A DNA stretch of 59,741 nt, from assembly GCA_964451425.1 (NCBI GenBank), contig CAYVIT010000002.1, positions 25,750 through 85,490 on the forward strand, read 5' to 3'. Position 1 is the first letter of the stretch. Each line of letters opens with the position of its first letter. Of the stretch, positions 26,354 through 34,919 are shown in pieces. The notes under the pieces were generated by a model. The model did not search any database and was not told the origin of the DNA. It saw only the letters and a program-made list of their open reading frames with translations. This DNA comes from an uncultured Pirellulales bacterium (GTDB lineage: Bacteria > Planctomycetota > Phycisphaerae > Sedimentisphaerales > Anaerobacaceae). Position numbers and translations under genes: made by a program.

Positions 26354-26866
26354 ATGACAATACTTGAGGCGATACGGAATCGATATTCGTGCCGGGCGTA
26401 CAAGGACAAGCCGATTGAGCAGGACAAGCTGGACACGATTTTTGAGGCGGCCCGGCTGGCTCCTTCAGCGATGAATACTCAGGATTGGCGTTTCGTGGTA
26501 GTAACCGATAAGGAAATCCGGCATCAGGTGGCTGAGCATACGAACCGGCCGGAGGTCTTCCAGAAGGCGGGTGCTATCATAGCGGCGTGCAGTAACAGCG
26601 ACCATGTGATGCGATGCGGTCAGGCAATCGGGCCTATTGACGTTGCCATCGCTCTTGAGCATATAGCGCTGCAGGCGACGGAGTCAGGGCTGGCAACGTG
26701 CTGGATTGGTTCTTTCGATACGGATAAGGTCAGAGCCATACTGGATATTCCTGCCGATGTAGCGATTATTGAACTGATGGCGATTGGTTATCCAGCCGAC
26801 AGTAAAAAGGAACCACAGCGAGAGCCGATAGAGAAAATCGTTTGTTATGAGAAGTGGAAGTTCTGA
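26354..26866 (+). CDS. nitroreductase family protein
   Basis: The start R.S.R.Y and the motifs APSA.N.Q.WRF and GY are characteristic. The 170-aa size fits. Confidence 0.8.
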   Translation: MTILEAIRNRYSCRAYKDKPIEQDKLDTIFEAARLAPSAMNTQDWRFVVVTDKEIRHQVAEHTNRPEVFQKAGAIIAACSNSDHVMRCGQAIGPIDVAIALEHIALQATESGLATCWIGSFDTDKVRAILDIPADVAIIELMAIGYPADSKKEPQREPIEKIVCYEKWKF

Positions 26867-26895
26867 TTTTTCACTATAAGTCAGCTAAGAGTATT

Positions 26896-26923
26896 TTGAA
26901 TTTGGCGGATTGTTGTGTATAAT
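26896..26923 (+). promoter_or_regulatory. sigma-70 type promoter upstream of tRNA-Ala
   Basis: TTGAAT - 16 nt - TATAAT. The -10 ends 20 nt before the tRNA 5' end. Confidence 0.5.
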
Positions 26924-26943
26924 TGCTTCTGTGAAGATAGATA

Positions 26944-27014
26944 GGGGACGTAGTGTAACGGGAGCACACCGCGGTCGCATCGCGGAAATGAGGGTTCGAT
27001 TCCCTTCGTCTCCA
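26944..27014 (+). tRNA. tRNA-Ala (anticodon CGC), compact 71-nt form
   Basis: Hand-folded cloverleaf: acceptor GGGGACG/CGTCTCC with a G3-U70 pair, A73, D-arm GTGT-AACGGGA-GCAC, anticodon arm CCGCG-GTCGCAT-CGCGG, a 4-nt variable loop, and T-arm GAGGG-TTCGATT-CCCTT. Confidence 0.75.
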
Positions 27015-27122
27015 TTTCATTTCTGCATTTTCAAACAGTTGTATGAGTTTGGTGGATTTGCATAAGAATAGGTAGAAACTTGTACTGCTGAACAGTAATT
27101 TGTGATTTAGAAGGGGCGAAAA

Positions 27123-27575
27123 ATGGAACGGTTCGAATCTTTTGAAGAGGTTCTTGATTTTGCAATCGAGCGGGAGACGGAGTCTCAGGATTTTTATATG
27201 AAGCTGGTTGAGCGGATGGATAATCCTAAGATGCAGGACGTCTTTGAGAAGTTTGCCACCGAAGAACTGGGACATAAGATGAAGCTGGAAGCAGTCAAAT
27301 ACGGACAGATATTGCTTGGACAGAAAGATGTTGAAAGCCTTAATATAGCAGATTACGTGGTTGATGTGGAGCCTCGGCCGGATATGGATTACGCTGAAGC
27401 ACTGGTTTTGGCGATGAGGAAAGAAAAGGCGGCGTACAGGCTGTATCTTGACCTGGCAGCGGTGGCTGAGGATGAAGAGTTGACGGATATGTTTTTGTCG
27501 TTGGCTCAGGAAGAAGCAAAGCACAAGCTGAGGTTCGAAATTGAATATGATGATACGGTCTTAAAGGAGGATTGA
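27123..27575 (+). CDS. rubrerythrin/ferritin-like diiron-fold protein
   Basis: Two E...ExxH-type helices are present: ERETESQDFY ... EELGHKMK and MRKEKAAYRLY ... QEEAKHKLRFE. Confidence 0.65.
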   Translation: MERFESFEEVLDFAIERETESQDFYMKLVERMDNPKMQDVFEKFATEELGHKMKLEAVKYGQILLGQKDVESLNIADYVVDVEPRPDMDYAEALVLAMRKEKAAYRLYLDLAAVAEDEELTDMFLSLAQEEAKHKLRFEIEYDDTVLKED

Positions 27576-27669
27576 AACTCAGAAATTAGGTGTGAATAAA
27601 GTTTGATAGGGCTGATGCTTTAGTTTATTATATACGGGAGGTATAAAGTTATTTTTGGAGGTACTTGTT

Positions 27670-28023
27670 ATGGTAATGGCGTTAACCTGTAAGTTGTTTC
27701 CGTGCTGGCCGATTGCGCCGCTTTTGGGTGGAGGTGTACTGCTTTTTCTTTTGGGGATTGCGGGGGTCGTCTTTTCGATCGTCATGCTTATCGACTGTTT
27801 GAAGCGGCCTGTGTCTAAGTTTTATTACCCACTGACAAAAGGCGGTGAGTACGACAAGCTGATATGGGCGGCTGCGATTTTACTGTCACTATCGTTTTAT
27901 TTTGTCGGGGCAATAGTGTACTTCTTTGTTATCTGGAGAGGAAAGCCGGAGACCAGCGAGCAGGGTCAGTCGCAACCTAAGAGTACAATTGCGGACAGTC
28001 AAAAGTCGGAAGGTGAAAGTTAA
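27670..28023 (+). CDS. small membrane protein with PLD-N-terminal-like (PLDc_N) domain
   Basis: Two TM helices flank the motif LIDCLKRP....K..W. GGAGG lies 8 nt before the ATG at 27670. Confidence 0.5.
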   Translation: MVMALTCKLFPCWPIAPLLGGGVLLFLLGIAGVVFSIVMLIDCLKRPVSKFYYPLTKGGEYDKLIWAAAILLSLSFYFVGAIVYFFVIWRGKPETSEQGQSQPKSTIADSQKSEGES

Positions 28024-28035
28024 AATATATTGAAT

Positions 28036-28098
28036 AGCCGACGACAGACGACAGAAGGCAGAGGACAGACGACGGACGACGGACGAAGGACGAAAGAA
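28036..28098. repeat. 63-nt thymine-free GAC/GGA-rich low-complexity tract
   Basis: No T occurs on the plus strand between 28036 and 28098. The tract is built from degenerate GAC, GACG and GAAG units. Confidence 0.8.
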
Positions 28099-28105
28099 TG
28101 AAGTT

Positions 28106-28136
28106 GAGATTGCTTCGCTTTGTTTGCAATGACAAC
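28106..28136 (+). repeat. solo arm of the 82-nt repeat family
   Basis: GAGATTGCTTCGCTTTGTTTGCAATGACAAC aligns with 200-230 (GAGATTGCTTCGCTGCGCTCGCAATGACAAC). Confidence 0.7.
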
Positions 28137-28202
28137 CATTTGTGTAGAGTCGATTTTTTAATGCCCTATGGTTTGATTGGGATATATTAAGGACAAGAGA
28201 CA

Positions 28203-28442
28203 ATGGATGCAGGAATGTATGAGCTTATAGAGAAGATTTGGCAGGGAGTGAGCTTTATCGCTATCGGCGGGGCGGTGGCGTTGATATTTTTCTTTGTCTT
28301 TGCTCCGAGCATCCTCGGCTCAAAGACTATACATAAGCAGCTTAAAGACCTGGGCAGGCAAATCGAACAGATGAACGAACAGCTCAAACAAATAGCCGGC
28401 CATCTGAAAAAGGGAAAAGATAGCGGAGAAAAGGGGCGTTGA
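28203..28442 (+). CDS. small single-TM protein with charged coiled C-terminal tail
   Basis: 79-aa ORF with an ATG start, one TM helix, and a Lys/Gln/Glu-rich tail. Confidence 0.4.
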   Translation: MDAGMYELIEKIWQGVSFIAIGGAVALIFFFVFAPSILGSKTIHKQLKDLGRQIEQMNEQLKQIAGHLKKGKDSGEKGR

Positions 28443-28538
28443 GTGCATTTGGAAAATATTTGCACGCTGGAGGGAATTTCGTGATTTTGGTTTTGGCTTA
28501 AGGAAGGTGCTTTGATTCCATTGCACTGAGCCTCTTTG

Positions 28539-29405
28539 TTATTTTATCGAATCATCGGGGGGCAAGCCGAGCTTTTTATATAACTGCCTTCGTCCGGCTT
28601 TGTCGCCGTCGAGGATTGCTTGGGCGTATTCGGCGACTTCTTTGGCCTTTGCACGCGGGACGACAATAACGCCATCTCCATCGGCCACTATGACATCGCC
28701 GGGCTCAACCAGTACCCCGCCACATACGATAGGGCGGTTGACGGATTCGATTTCGTTTCTGCCCGGCCGGATGCCACGACCTACCTTCCTGAAATACAGG
28801 GGGACTTTTTCGGTGGCGACTTCATCGGTATCGCGGGCGGTGGCATTGGTGACTACGCCGACACATCCCTTCAGGTACCAACCCATAATGTTATTGGAGC
28901 CGATGGAGCCAACGTCACTTTCGGGGGCATCGTCGATGACCAGGGCCGTCCCCTTTCGGATGAGCGGAACAAACGGTTCGGGTGAAAGCTTGCTATACCA
29001 CTGGCCGACCCACTTGTCAAATGCCTCGGTCTCCATAGCCGGTGCCGGGGATTTGTTCGTGGGGACATAACGGGCGGTAACGGCGATGCCGATGAATCGG
29101 TGATTGAAATGTATGGTGTCTTTCCAGGCGGCGTGAATTTCCGGCGACATAAGACCTGTATTTCTCAGACCGACCTTGTCCATACCGTCGGAAACGTCGG
29201 CGACCCGCAAGCCCTTAAAAAGTTTCAGGATTTGCTCGTCGTCTTCGGTGCTGTAAACCTTTGTCGGGATGAAGTTTTTGCCGGCCCTTAGTTCTTCGAT
29301 TTCAGGCTTTGGGTCTGCGGCTGTCGTAAAAAGGGTACAGCCCATCAGCACGATTGATGCTATAACGATTGCCGTTACGGTTGTTTTTTTGCCTCTGTTG
29401 TTCAT
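28539..29405 (-). CDS. RraA-family (RraA / HMG-CHA aldolase-like) protein with lipoprotein-type signal peptide
   Basis: MNNRGKKTT..IVLMGC signal with a lipobox. RraA-like motifs are present (VGVVTNATARDTDEV, GDVIVADGDGVIVVP). GAGG lies 5 nt before the ATG at 29405. Confidence 0.6.
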   Translation of the reverse strand: MNNRGKKTTVTAIVIASIVLMGCTLFTTAADPKPEIEELRAGKNFIPTKVYSTEDDEQILKLFKGLRVADVSDGMDKVGLRNTGLMSPEIHAAWKDTIHFNHRFIGIAVTARYVPTNKSPAPAMETEAFDKWVGQWYSKLSPEPFVPLIRKGTALVIDDAPESDVGSIGSNNIMGWYLKGCVGVVTNATARDTDEVATEKVPLYFRKVGRGIRPGRNEIESVNRPIVCGGVLVEPGDVIVADGDGVIVVPRAKAKEVAEYAQAILDGDKAGRRQLYKKLGLPPDDSIK

Positions 29406-29544
29406 TTTTGCCTCTTGAATGGTTAATGTCATAATTTACGATTGAAACGGTACGCCAATACTATAAGGTTTTCGGCTTTTTTTCAAGATAAAAAAGTAAA
29501 GGGGGTGATTTACAATCTATAGTGTACCATTTACAATTATGCAG

Positions 29545-29575
29545 TTGAGAGCCTTCGCTGTGTTTAGAATGACAA
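29545..29575 (+). repeat. degenerate solo arm of the 82-nt repeat family
   Basis: TTGAGAGCCTTCGCTGTGTTTAGAATGACAA. It is similar to the arm consensus, but the ATTGC/GCAAT stem is lost. Confidence 0.45.
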
Positions 29576-29617
29576 AAAGCTAAGGGCAGTAGAAAGGGTC
29601 CTTTGGGAACAGATGAG

Positions 29618-30040
29618 ATGCTCGAAATAACAAAAGACATATTTATCGATGAGGGCCAGCTTGTATTCAAGGCGTCCCGAAGTGGCGGGCCGGGGGGGCA
29701 AAATGTGAACAAGGTCAATACGCGGATTACGCTGTTTTTTGATGTGGCAGGCTGCGAGGGCCTTTCCGATATGCAAAAGCAGCGAATACTTGCCCTGCTG
29801 TCAACGCGTGCTAACAAAGATGGAGTCATAAGGGTTGTATCGCAAAAGTTTCGGACACAAAAAGCTAACCGCAGGGCTGCCGTCGAGCGGTTACAGGAGT
29901 TATTAAGAGAGGCGTTAAAGACCAGACCTGTACGGAAAAAGACAAAAGTGCCGGAGCGTGCAAGCCTGCGGCGTTTGGAGGAAAAGAAGCGACGGGGTAT
30001 GTTGAAAAGACAAAGAGCGGAGAAGGATTTTGAGTTTTAA
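29618..30040 (+). CDS. arfB: alternative ribosome-rescue factor ArfB (peptidyl-tRNA hydrolase)
   Basis: GGQ motif in SGGPGGQNVNKVNT and a basic C-terminal tail. It is 140 aa from the ATG at 29618. Confidence 0.85.
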   Translation: MLEITKDIFIDEGQLVFKASRSGGPGGQNVNKVNTRITLFFDVAGCEGLSDMQKQRILALLSTRANKDGVIRVVSQKFRTQKANRRAAVERLQELLREALKTRPVRKKTKVPERASLRRLEEKKRRGMLKRQRAEKDFEF

Positions 30041-30138
30041 TTAGTTGGTGTTTGCTCGGTAGTGTTTTTGGCGAATTAAAATGTGATGGGGCAGGGACTG
30101 GGGAGTTTGGGATTAGCGGCTTGAAATCGTAGTGACAA

Positions 30139-31362
30139 TTATCTGCGTCTACGGGTGGTTCTTTTAATTTTGTCGTAGGCGGCCTCAATTGAATTCAATT
30201 CTTCTTCGAGAGGGTATGTAGCAAGCTGCAAATCCGGGTATTTTTTGGCTAATCGTATCAGGGCTTGGAAGTCGCTTCTTGCTTCTCGTAGGATTTTGAG
30301 TATCTTGGGTGTGGGGTGCTCGTATTCGAGCTGCTGTGTTTTCAGGTCAACGGATTTTCTTATTCTTGCTATTTGTGCCTTTGCCCTTTTTAGTTCCAGT
30401 CGGGCATTCTGCAAATCTTTATTCATTACGATCTGAGCGTCTTCGGCCTGCATGTGCCGGAGAAGCTCCTGCCGGGAATCGAACACGTTGTCAGCAATGC
30501 CGCATTTGACGGCATCCTGTGCGGTCAGGGTCAGCAAGGCCCCTTTTTTGCTCCAGACGTGAACGAAATCCTGCTGAGGATTTTTGTTGGCTGGGTCAAT
30601 AAACAGATTTTTACTGTCCTGGGAAACCTCTATGACTTCAATTTCCCTGTCCGCCATTGCCATAGCGAGTATGCCGGGCCGGCCGTGCTGCTCGGCCATT
30701 GATGCAAGATGGGTACGCCAGGAAGAGATAAGCTTTTCGCCTAATTCTTCACCGAGGACCTCTTTAATCTCTTTCGGGCCGGATGCGGACTTTGCTATTA
30801 GTGAGGCGGCGCCTATGACGGCGTTGTCGGCCATAAAAATCTTATCGCAGGCAAAGGCGGCGGCGGCACCGCCGGATATGGCACCCCGGTGTCTGCCGCC
30901 TGTGATAAAGGCGATGACCTGGCAGTGTTTAGTTTTCGAAATTTGTCCGCAAATCTGCTGGATTCGGTCGAGCTGCCCGCCCGGAGTGCTTATCTCAATC
31001 AGGATAAATAACGGGCCTTCATCTGCGGACTGGCTGATTGCCTCCTTCAATACCTGGGCCTCGATATGAAGCCTGATATGGTCGTCGAGGGTAATGATGA
31101 TTACCTTATTGTTCCTGCCAAGATGGTCCGGTGTAATCCTCCACTGGGACAGGTTGAGGGTGAGCCTGCCTTTTTCCTTGGTGTGAACGATGGTTTTGCT
31201 GCCTTGGGTCTGGCTGGTTGCGTAGCCGTGCAGGATTTCAAGAGTCTTGCGGTTTGTGAATGTGTCGGCCAGGCAGGTTAAGCTGAAGACAGAAATAATG
31301 AGCGAGGCCATAAGGGCCGTTACTTGTTGCTTTTTTATATTAATAAACGCTGTTTTTTTCAC
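30139..31362 (-). CDS. ClpP-class / NfeD-like exported serine protease homolog
   Basis: The motifs EISTPGGQLD and GGAAAAFACDKIFMADNAVIGAA resemble ClpP/NfeD-type proteases. The start is uncertain: GTG 31362, ATG 31311 and ATG 31443 are all in frame. Confidence 0.5.
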   Translation of the reverse strand: MKKTAFINIKKQQVTALMASLIISVFSLTCLADTFTNRKTLEILHGYATSQTQGSKTIVHTKEKGRLTLNLSQWRITPDHLGRNNKVIIITLDDHIRLHIEAQVLKEAISQSADEGPLFILIEISTPGGQLDRIQQICGQISKTKHCQVIAFITGGRHRGAISGGAAAAFACDKIFMADNAVIGAASLIAKSASGPKEIKEVLGEELGEKLISSWRTHLASMAEQHGRPGILAMAMADREIEVIEVSQDSKNLFIDPANKNPQQDFVHVWSKKGALLTLTAQDAVKCGIADNVFDSRQELLRHMQAEDAQIVMNKDLQNARLELKRAKAQIARIRKSVDLKTQQLEYEHPTPKILKILREARSDFQALIRLAKKYPDLQLATYPLEEELNSIEAAYDKIKRTTRRRR

Positions 31363-31478
31363 TATTTTTATTATAACAAATCCAGGTCGAGATTGGAATA
31401 GATAACAGGTTTGAAAATGCGTTGAATTTGTGGTAAAAAGCATTCGAGTTCGCGTGAACCTATATTTAGGGTATTTGT

Positions 31479-34400
31479 ATGGCAGTTCAATTTATTCTTG
31501 GCAGAAGCGGTACGGGAAAGACCAGCTATTGCATAAAAGCAATTATTAATGAGCTGCTTGAAGCTGGTGATGAGCAGCCGTTGATTTTACTGGTTCCGGA
31601 ACAGGCCACCTATCAGGCGGAGCGGGCAATCCTTGCTGATAACAGGATAGCCGGTTACCACGGATTGAATGTGCTTTCTTTCGAACGTTTACAGTTTTTA
31701 CTGTCGGGAAGACATACGGCGAGGCCTATGCTTTCGCGCATCGGCCGGCAGATGATAGTTCACCGGATATTGAGAGACAACGAGAGTAAATTAAAAATAT
31801 TTGGTTCATCTGCGTCGTGGACCGGGCTGGGCCGCCGGATGGCGAACACGATTACCGAACTGCACCAGTATGCAAAGACGCCGGACGATATTGACCAGTT
31901 ACTGGGTGAATTGGCCAAGGACGAACAGAATAATTTAGCTGTATTGAAATTTGCCGATATCGGACTGATTCTCAAAGAGTATCTGGAGTTTATCGAGGGC
32001 AAATTTATTGACCCTGATATTCAATTGAACCGTGCGTGCGGAGCAGTGGGCAAAGCTGCCTTTGTTAAAGGTGCAAAATTATGGGTTGATGGCTTTGCCG
32101 GCTTTACGACAGCGGAGCTTGCAATATTAACTGAACTTCTAAAGACAGTCTCAGATGCACAAATTGCGCTTTGCCTGGACACGTCTACTATCGATTTGGC
32201 AAATCCAGATGCTGCGAAGTTGGACCCTGTTGGTATATTTAGTCCGACAGAACGAACGTATACTGCTCTTGTCGAAATAATTAAACAGTGCAAACTTCAA
32301 ATGGGAAAGCCCGTAATTCTTGATGAGCCGGTCAGGTTTTCTTCATCTGAACAGCTTGCTCATATCGAGCAAAATGTATTTGAACTAAAGAATCAGAAAA
32401 TTCCCGCAGAGGATAATATACGCATCATATCGGCACCGAATGCTCGTGCCGAAATACGGTTTGTAGCAAGGCAGATACTTGGGCTTGTTAAGGAAAAGGA
32501 TTATCGATATCGGGACATTGCGGTTATCGCATCGGATATTGACCGGTATGAGCACTATATACGGGCGTATTTCGATGATTATGGCGTGCCGTTTTTTATT
32601 GATAAGCGAAAATCATTAAACCAGCATCCTGTGGTACTGCTTATCAGTTCGGCGATGAAGGTGGTAACGGGCGGTTTTTCTCAAGGTGATATATTCACAT
32701 ATCTTAAAACAGACCTTGTGCCAATAGAGCGTTGTGATGTCGACGTGCTGGAAAATTATTGTCTGGCATTCGGCATAAGTGGGAGCGACTGGACAAGCGG
32801 GCAGGAGTGGAGTTTTGCGGGACACGATGGTAATGACGAGCAGCGGATAAATGAAATTCGGCTAAAGGCTGTTGGGCCATTACTTGAGCTTCGAGAAAGG
32901 CTTTGTCCGGTTGATAATCCGGTAAAGAAAATGAGCGCAGATGAGTTTGTGCGAGCTATCTATGATTTTCTAAATACGCTGGGTGTAAGACAAACAGTCA
33001 GGAAGTGGATTGAGGAGGCGGAAAAAAGTAACGATAAGCAAACCGCTGTCGAGCATCGCCAATTTTATGATAAGCTTATTGATATTTTTGACGAGCTTGT
33101 GGATGTCTTTGCCGGCCAGAAGATGAGCTGTCAGGATTATCAGGCGATTCTGGATTCTGCTTTTTCGCAATTGATGCTGGCCTTTATACCGCCGACCCTC
33201 GACCAGATCCTTGTCGGTTCGATTGAGCGCAGCCGGCACCCCGATTTGAAGGCGGTTTTTCTAATAGGGGCAACACAGAGGCAGTTTCCCGTGCCGGTCG
33301 GTTCGGACAGTATATTGAGCGATGACGACCGAAAGTCGGCTGATTCGGCGGGGTTTGAGCTGGCGGCAACGGTAAGTCAGGAGCTTGTGGAGCGTCAATA
33401 TCTGGCCTACATCGCATTTACACGACCATCTGAGTTTCTGTGTGTTACGTATCCTGTAACCGATGATAAAGGCAGCGGCGTGACGCGCTCGCAGTTTATA
33501 GACAATCTTGAATCATTGTTTGAAAATCTGAAAGAAGAATCAATTGCTGGTGAGCAAATTGCAATCGAGAAGGTCCACAATAAGAGCGAGCTTGTCGATT
33601 TGCTATGCAGCGAGCTTGGTAAAGACACGTCTCGTGGCTTGCTTGAAGGTTCACACGAGCAGTTTAGTGAATTGCTGGATGAAATGTCCGCCGATGGCGA
33701 GCTTGCCGAGTCAGGCTTGGATGTGCTCTCAGCGATTAATTATGACAACCGTACGGAGCTGGATAATGAGGTAGTTGGTGAGATTTTTGGTGAGCGGATA
33801 AGAAGCTCTGCAAGCAGACTGAGTACTTTTGCGGCGTGTCCCTATCAGTATTTCGCCAGATATGTGCTGGACTTGAAAGAGCGTGAAGAGTTTAAACTGG
33901 AGCCGCTGGACCTGGGTAATTTCTACCATCGAGTTCTGGATGAGCTGCAGAAGAAGCTTGGTGAAGAAAATACGGATTTTGCGACGGTTGAGGATAAGGA
34001 ATTATTAAAATTACTAAACGAGCAGATATTGAATTTTACGCAGACGGATACCTTTATTTCCAACTTTGTCCGCCGCAGTGCTCACAATACATACATCATA
34101 AATTCTGCGGCTGAGGTTCTCGAAGATTGCGTTTTTGCTGTAGCGAAAATGGTACGCGCAGGCAGCTTCAGGCCGACACTTTCCGAAGTTTCGTTCGGCG
34201 AGGTTCGGGACGCGCAGGGCAGGATTGGTAAGTATGAGCTTGTGTTGGCGGATGGTCGCTTGTTGTCTCTGGATGGTAAAATCGACCGGCTTGATATTGT
34301 AGAACTCGACGGCCGGAAATTTGCAGCCATTTTCGATTATAAGCGTCGAGGGGGGTCCTTTAACTGGTCAAAGTTTTACTATGGCCTCGATATGCAGCTT

Positions 34401-34919
34401 CCAATTTATATGCTCGCCGTCAGGAATGCTGATAAGCCGAGGGTGAAGGATGTTGTCGGCGCGTTTTATATGCCGGTTGAGACGATAGTTGGACACGCTG
34501 CTCTCGATGAATTGTCACTGAAAGCGGAAAAATATGAGTATAAAGCGAAGGGAATATTCAATGGCGAATTTTTCCAGCAGCTTGATGCTTCTGCAAGCTC
34601 CGGCTGGAGCAGATTTTATAATTTCCGCATCAGCTCAAAAGATGTCCAGTATGGTGACTATGGAAAAAGTGGAGCATTAAAGCCGGACGATTTTGATAAA
34701 GTTCTTGAATTTGCAGAGAAAAGAATAGTCGAGCTGGCGGCAGAGTTTCTCTCAGGTGAGATTGAGGTCAGACCGTACAGACTTGGTACGATGTCGCCAT
34801 GTGGTTACTGCAAATATAAGCCGGTTTGCCGATTCGATTGGCAGATAAATGATTACAACTCATTAGAACCACTAAGCAAACTTCAGGTGCTCGAAAAAAT
34901 AGGGATGGTTGATGGCTGA
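31479..34919 (+). CDS. addB: helicase-nuclease AddAB subunit B
   Basis: N-terminal GRSGTGKT. C-terminal nuclease domain with Fe-S cysteines (CPYQYF ... CGYCKYKPVC). It is 1146 aa and overlaps addA. Confidence 0.85.
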   Translation: MAVQFILGRSGTGKTSYCIKAIINELLEAGDEQPLILLVPEQATYQAERAILADNRIAGYHGLNVLSFERLQFLLSGRHTARPMLSRIGRQMIVHRILRDNESKLKIFGSSASWTGLGRRMANTITELHQYAKTPDDIDQLLGELAKDEQNNLAVLKFADIGLILKEYLEFIEGKFIDPDIQLNRACGAVGKAAFVKGAKLWVDGFAGFTTAELAILTELLKTVSDAQIALCLDTSTIDLANPDAAKLDPVGIFSPTERTYTALVEIIKQCKLQMGKPVILDEPVRFSSSEQLAHIEQNVFELKNQKIPAEDNIRIISAPNARAEIRFVARQILGLVKEKDYRYRDIAVIASDIDRYEHYIRAYFDDYGVPFFIDKRKSLNQHPVVLLISSAMKVVTGGFSQGDIFTYLKTDLVPIERCDVDVLENYCLAFGISGSDWTSGQEWSFAGHDGNDEQRINEIRLKAVGPLLELRERLCPVDNPVKKMSADEFVRAIYDFLNTLGVRQTVRKWIEEAEKSNDKQTAVEHRQFYDKLIDIFDELVDVFAGQKMSCQDYQAILDSAFSQLMLAFIPPTLDQILVGSIERSRHPDLKAVFLIGATQRQFPVPVGSDSILSDDDRKSADSAGFELAATVSQELVERQYLAYIAFTRPSEFLCVTYPVTDDKGSGVTRSQFIDNLESLFENLKEESIAGEQIAIEKVHNKSELVDLLCSELGKDTSRGLLEGSHEQFSELLDEMSADGELAESGLDVLSAINYDNRTELDNEVVGEIFGERIRSSASRLSTFAACPYQYFARYVLDLKEREEFKLEPLDLGNFYHRVLDELQKKLGEENTDFATVEDKELLKLLNEQILNFTQTDTFISNFVRRSAHNTYIINSAAEVLEDCVFAVAKMVRAGSFRPTLSEVSFGEVRDAQGRIGKYELVLADGRLLSLDGKIDRLDIVELDGRKFAAIFDYKRRGGSFNWSKFYYGLDMQLPIYMLAVRNADKPRVKDVVGAFYMPVETIVGHAALDELSLKAEKYEYKAKGIFNGEFFQQLDASASSGWSRFYNFRISSKDVQYGDYGKSGALKPDDFDKVLEFAEKRIVELAAEFLSGEIEVRPYRLGTMSPCGYCKYKPVCRFDWQINDYNSLEPLSKLQVLEKIGMVDG

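Noticed and set aside
26874-27524. 216-aa minus-strand ORF
   Set aside because: It overlaps the tRNA-Ala gene and lies antisense to the well-supported ferritin-like CDS. Its composition is low-complexity His/Leu/Phe-rich.
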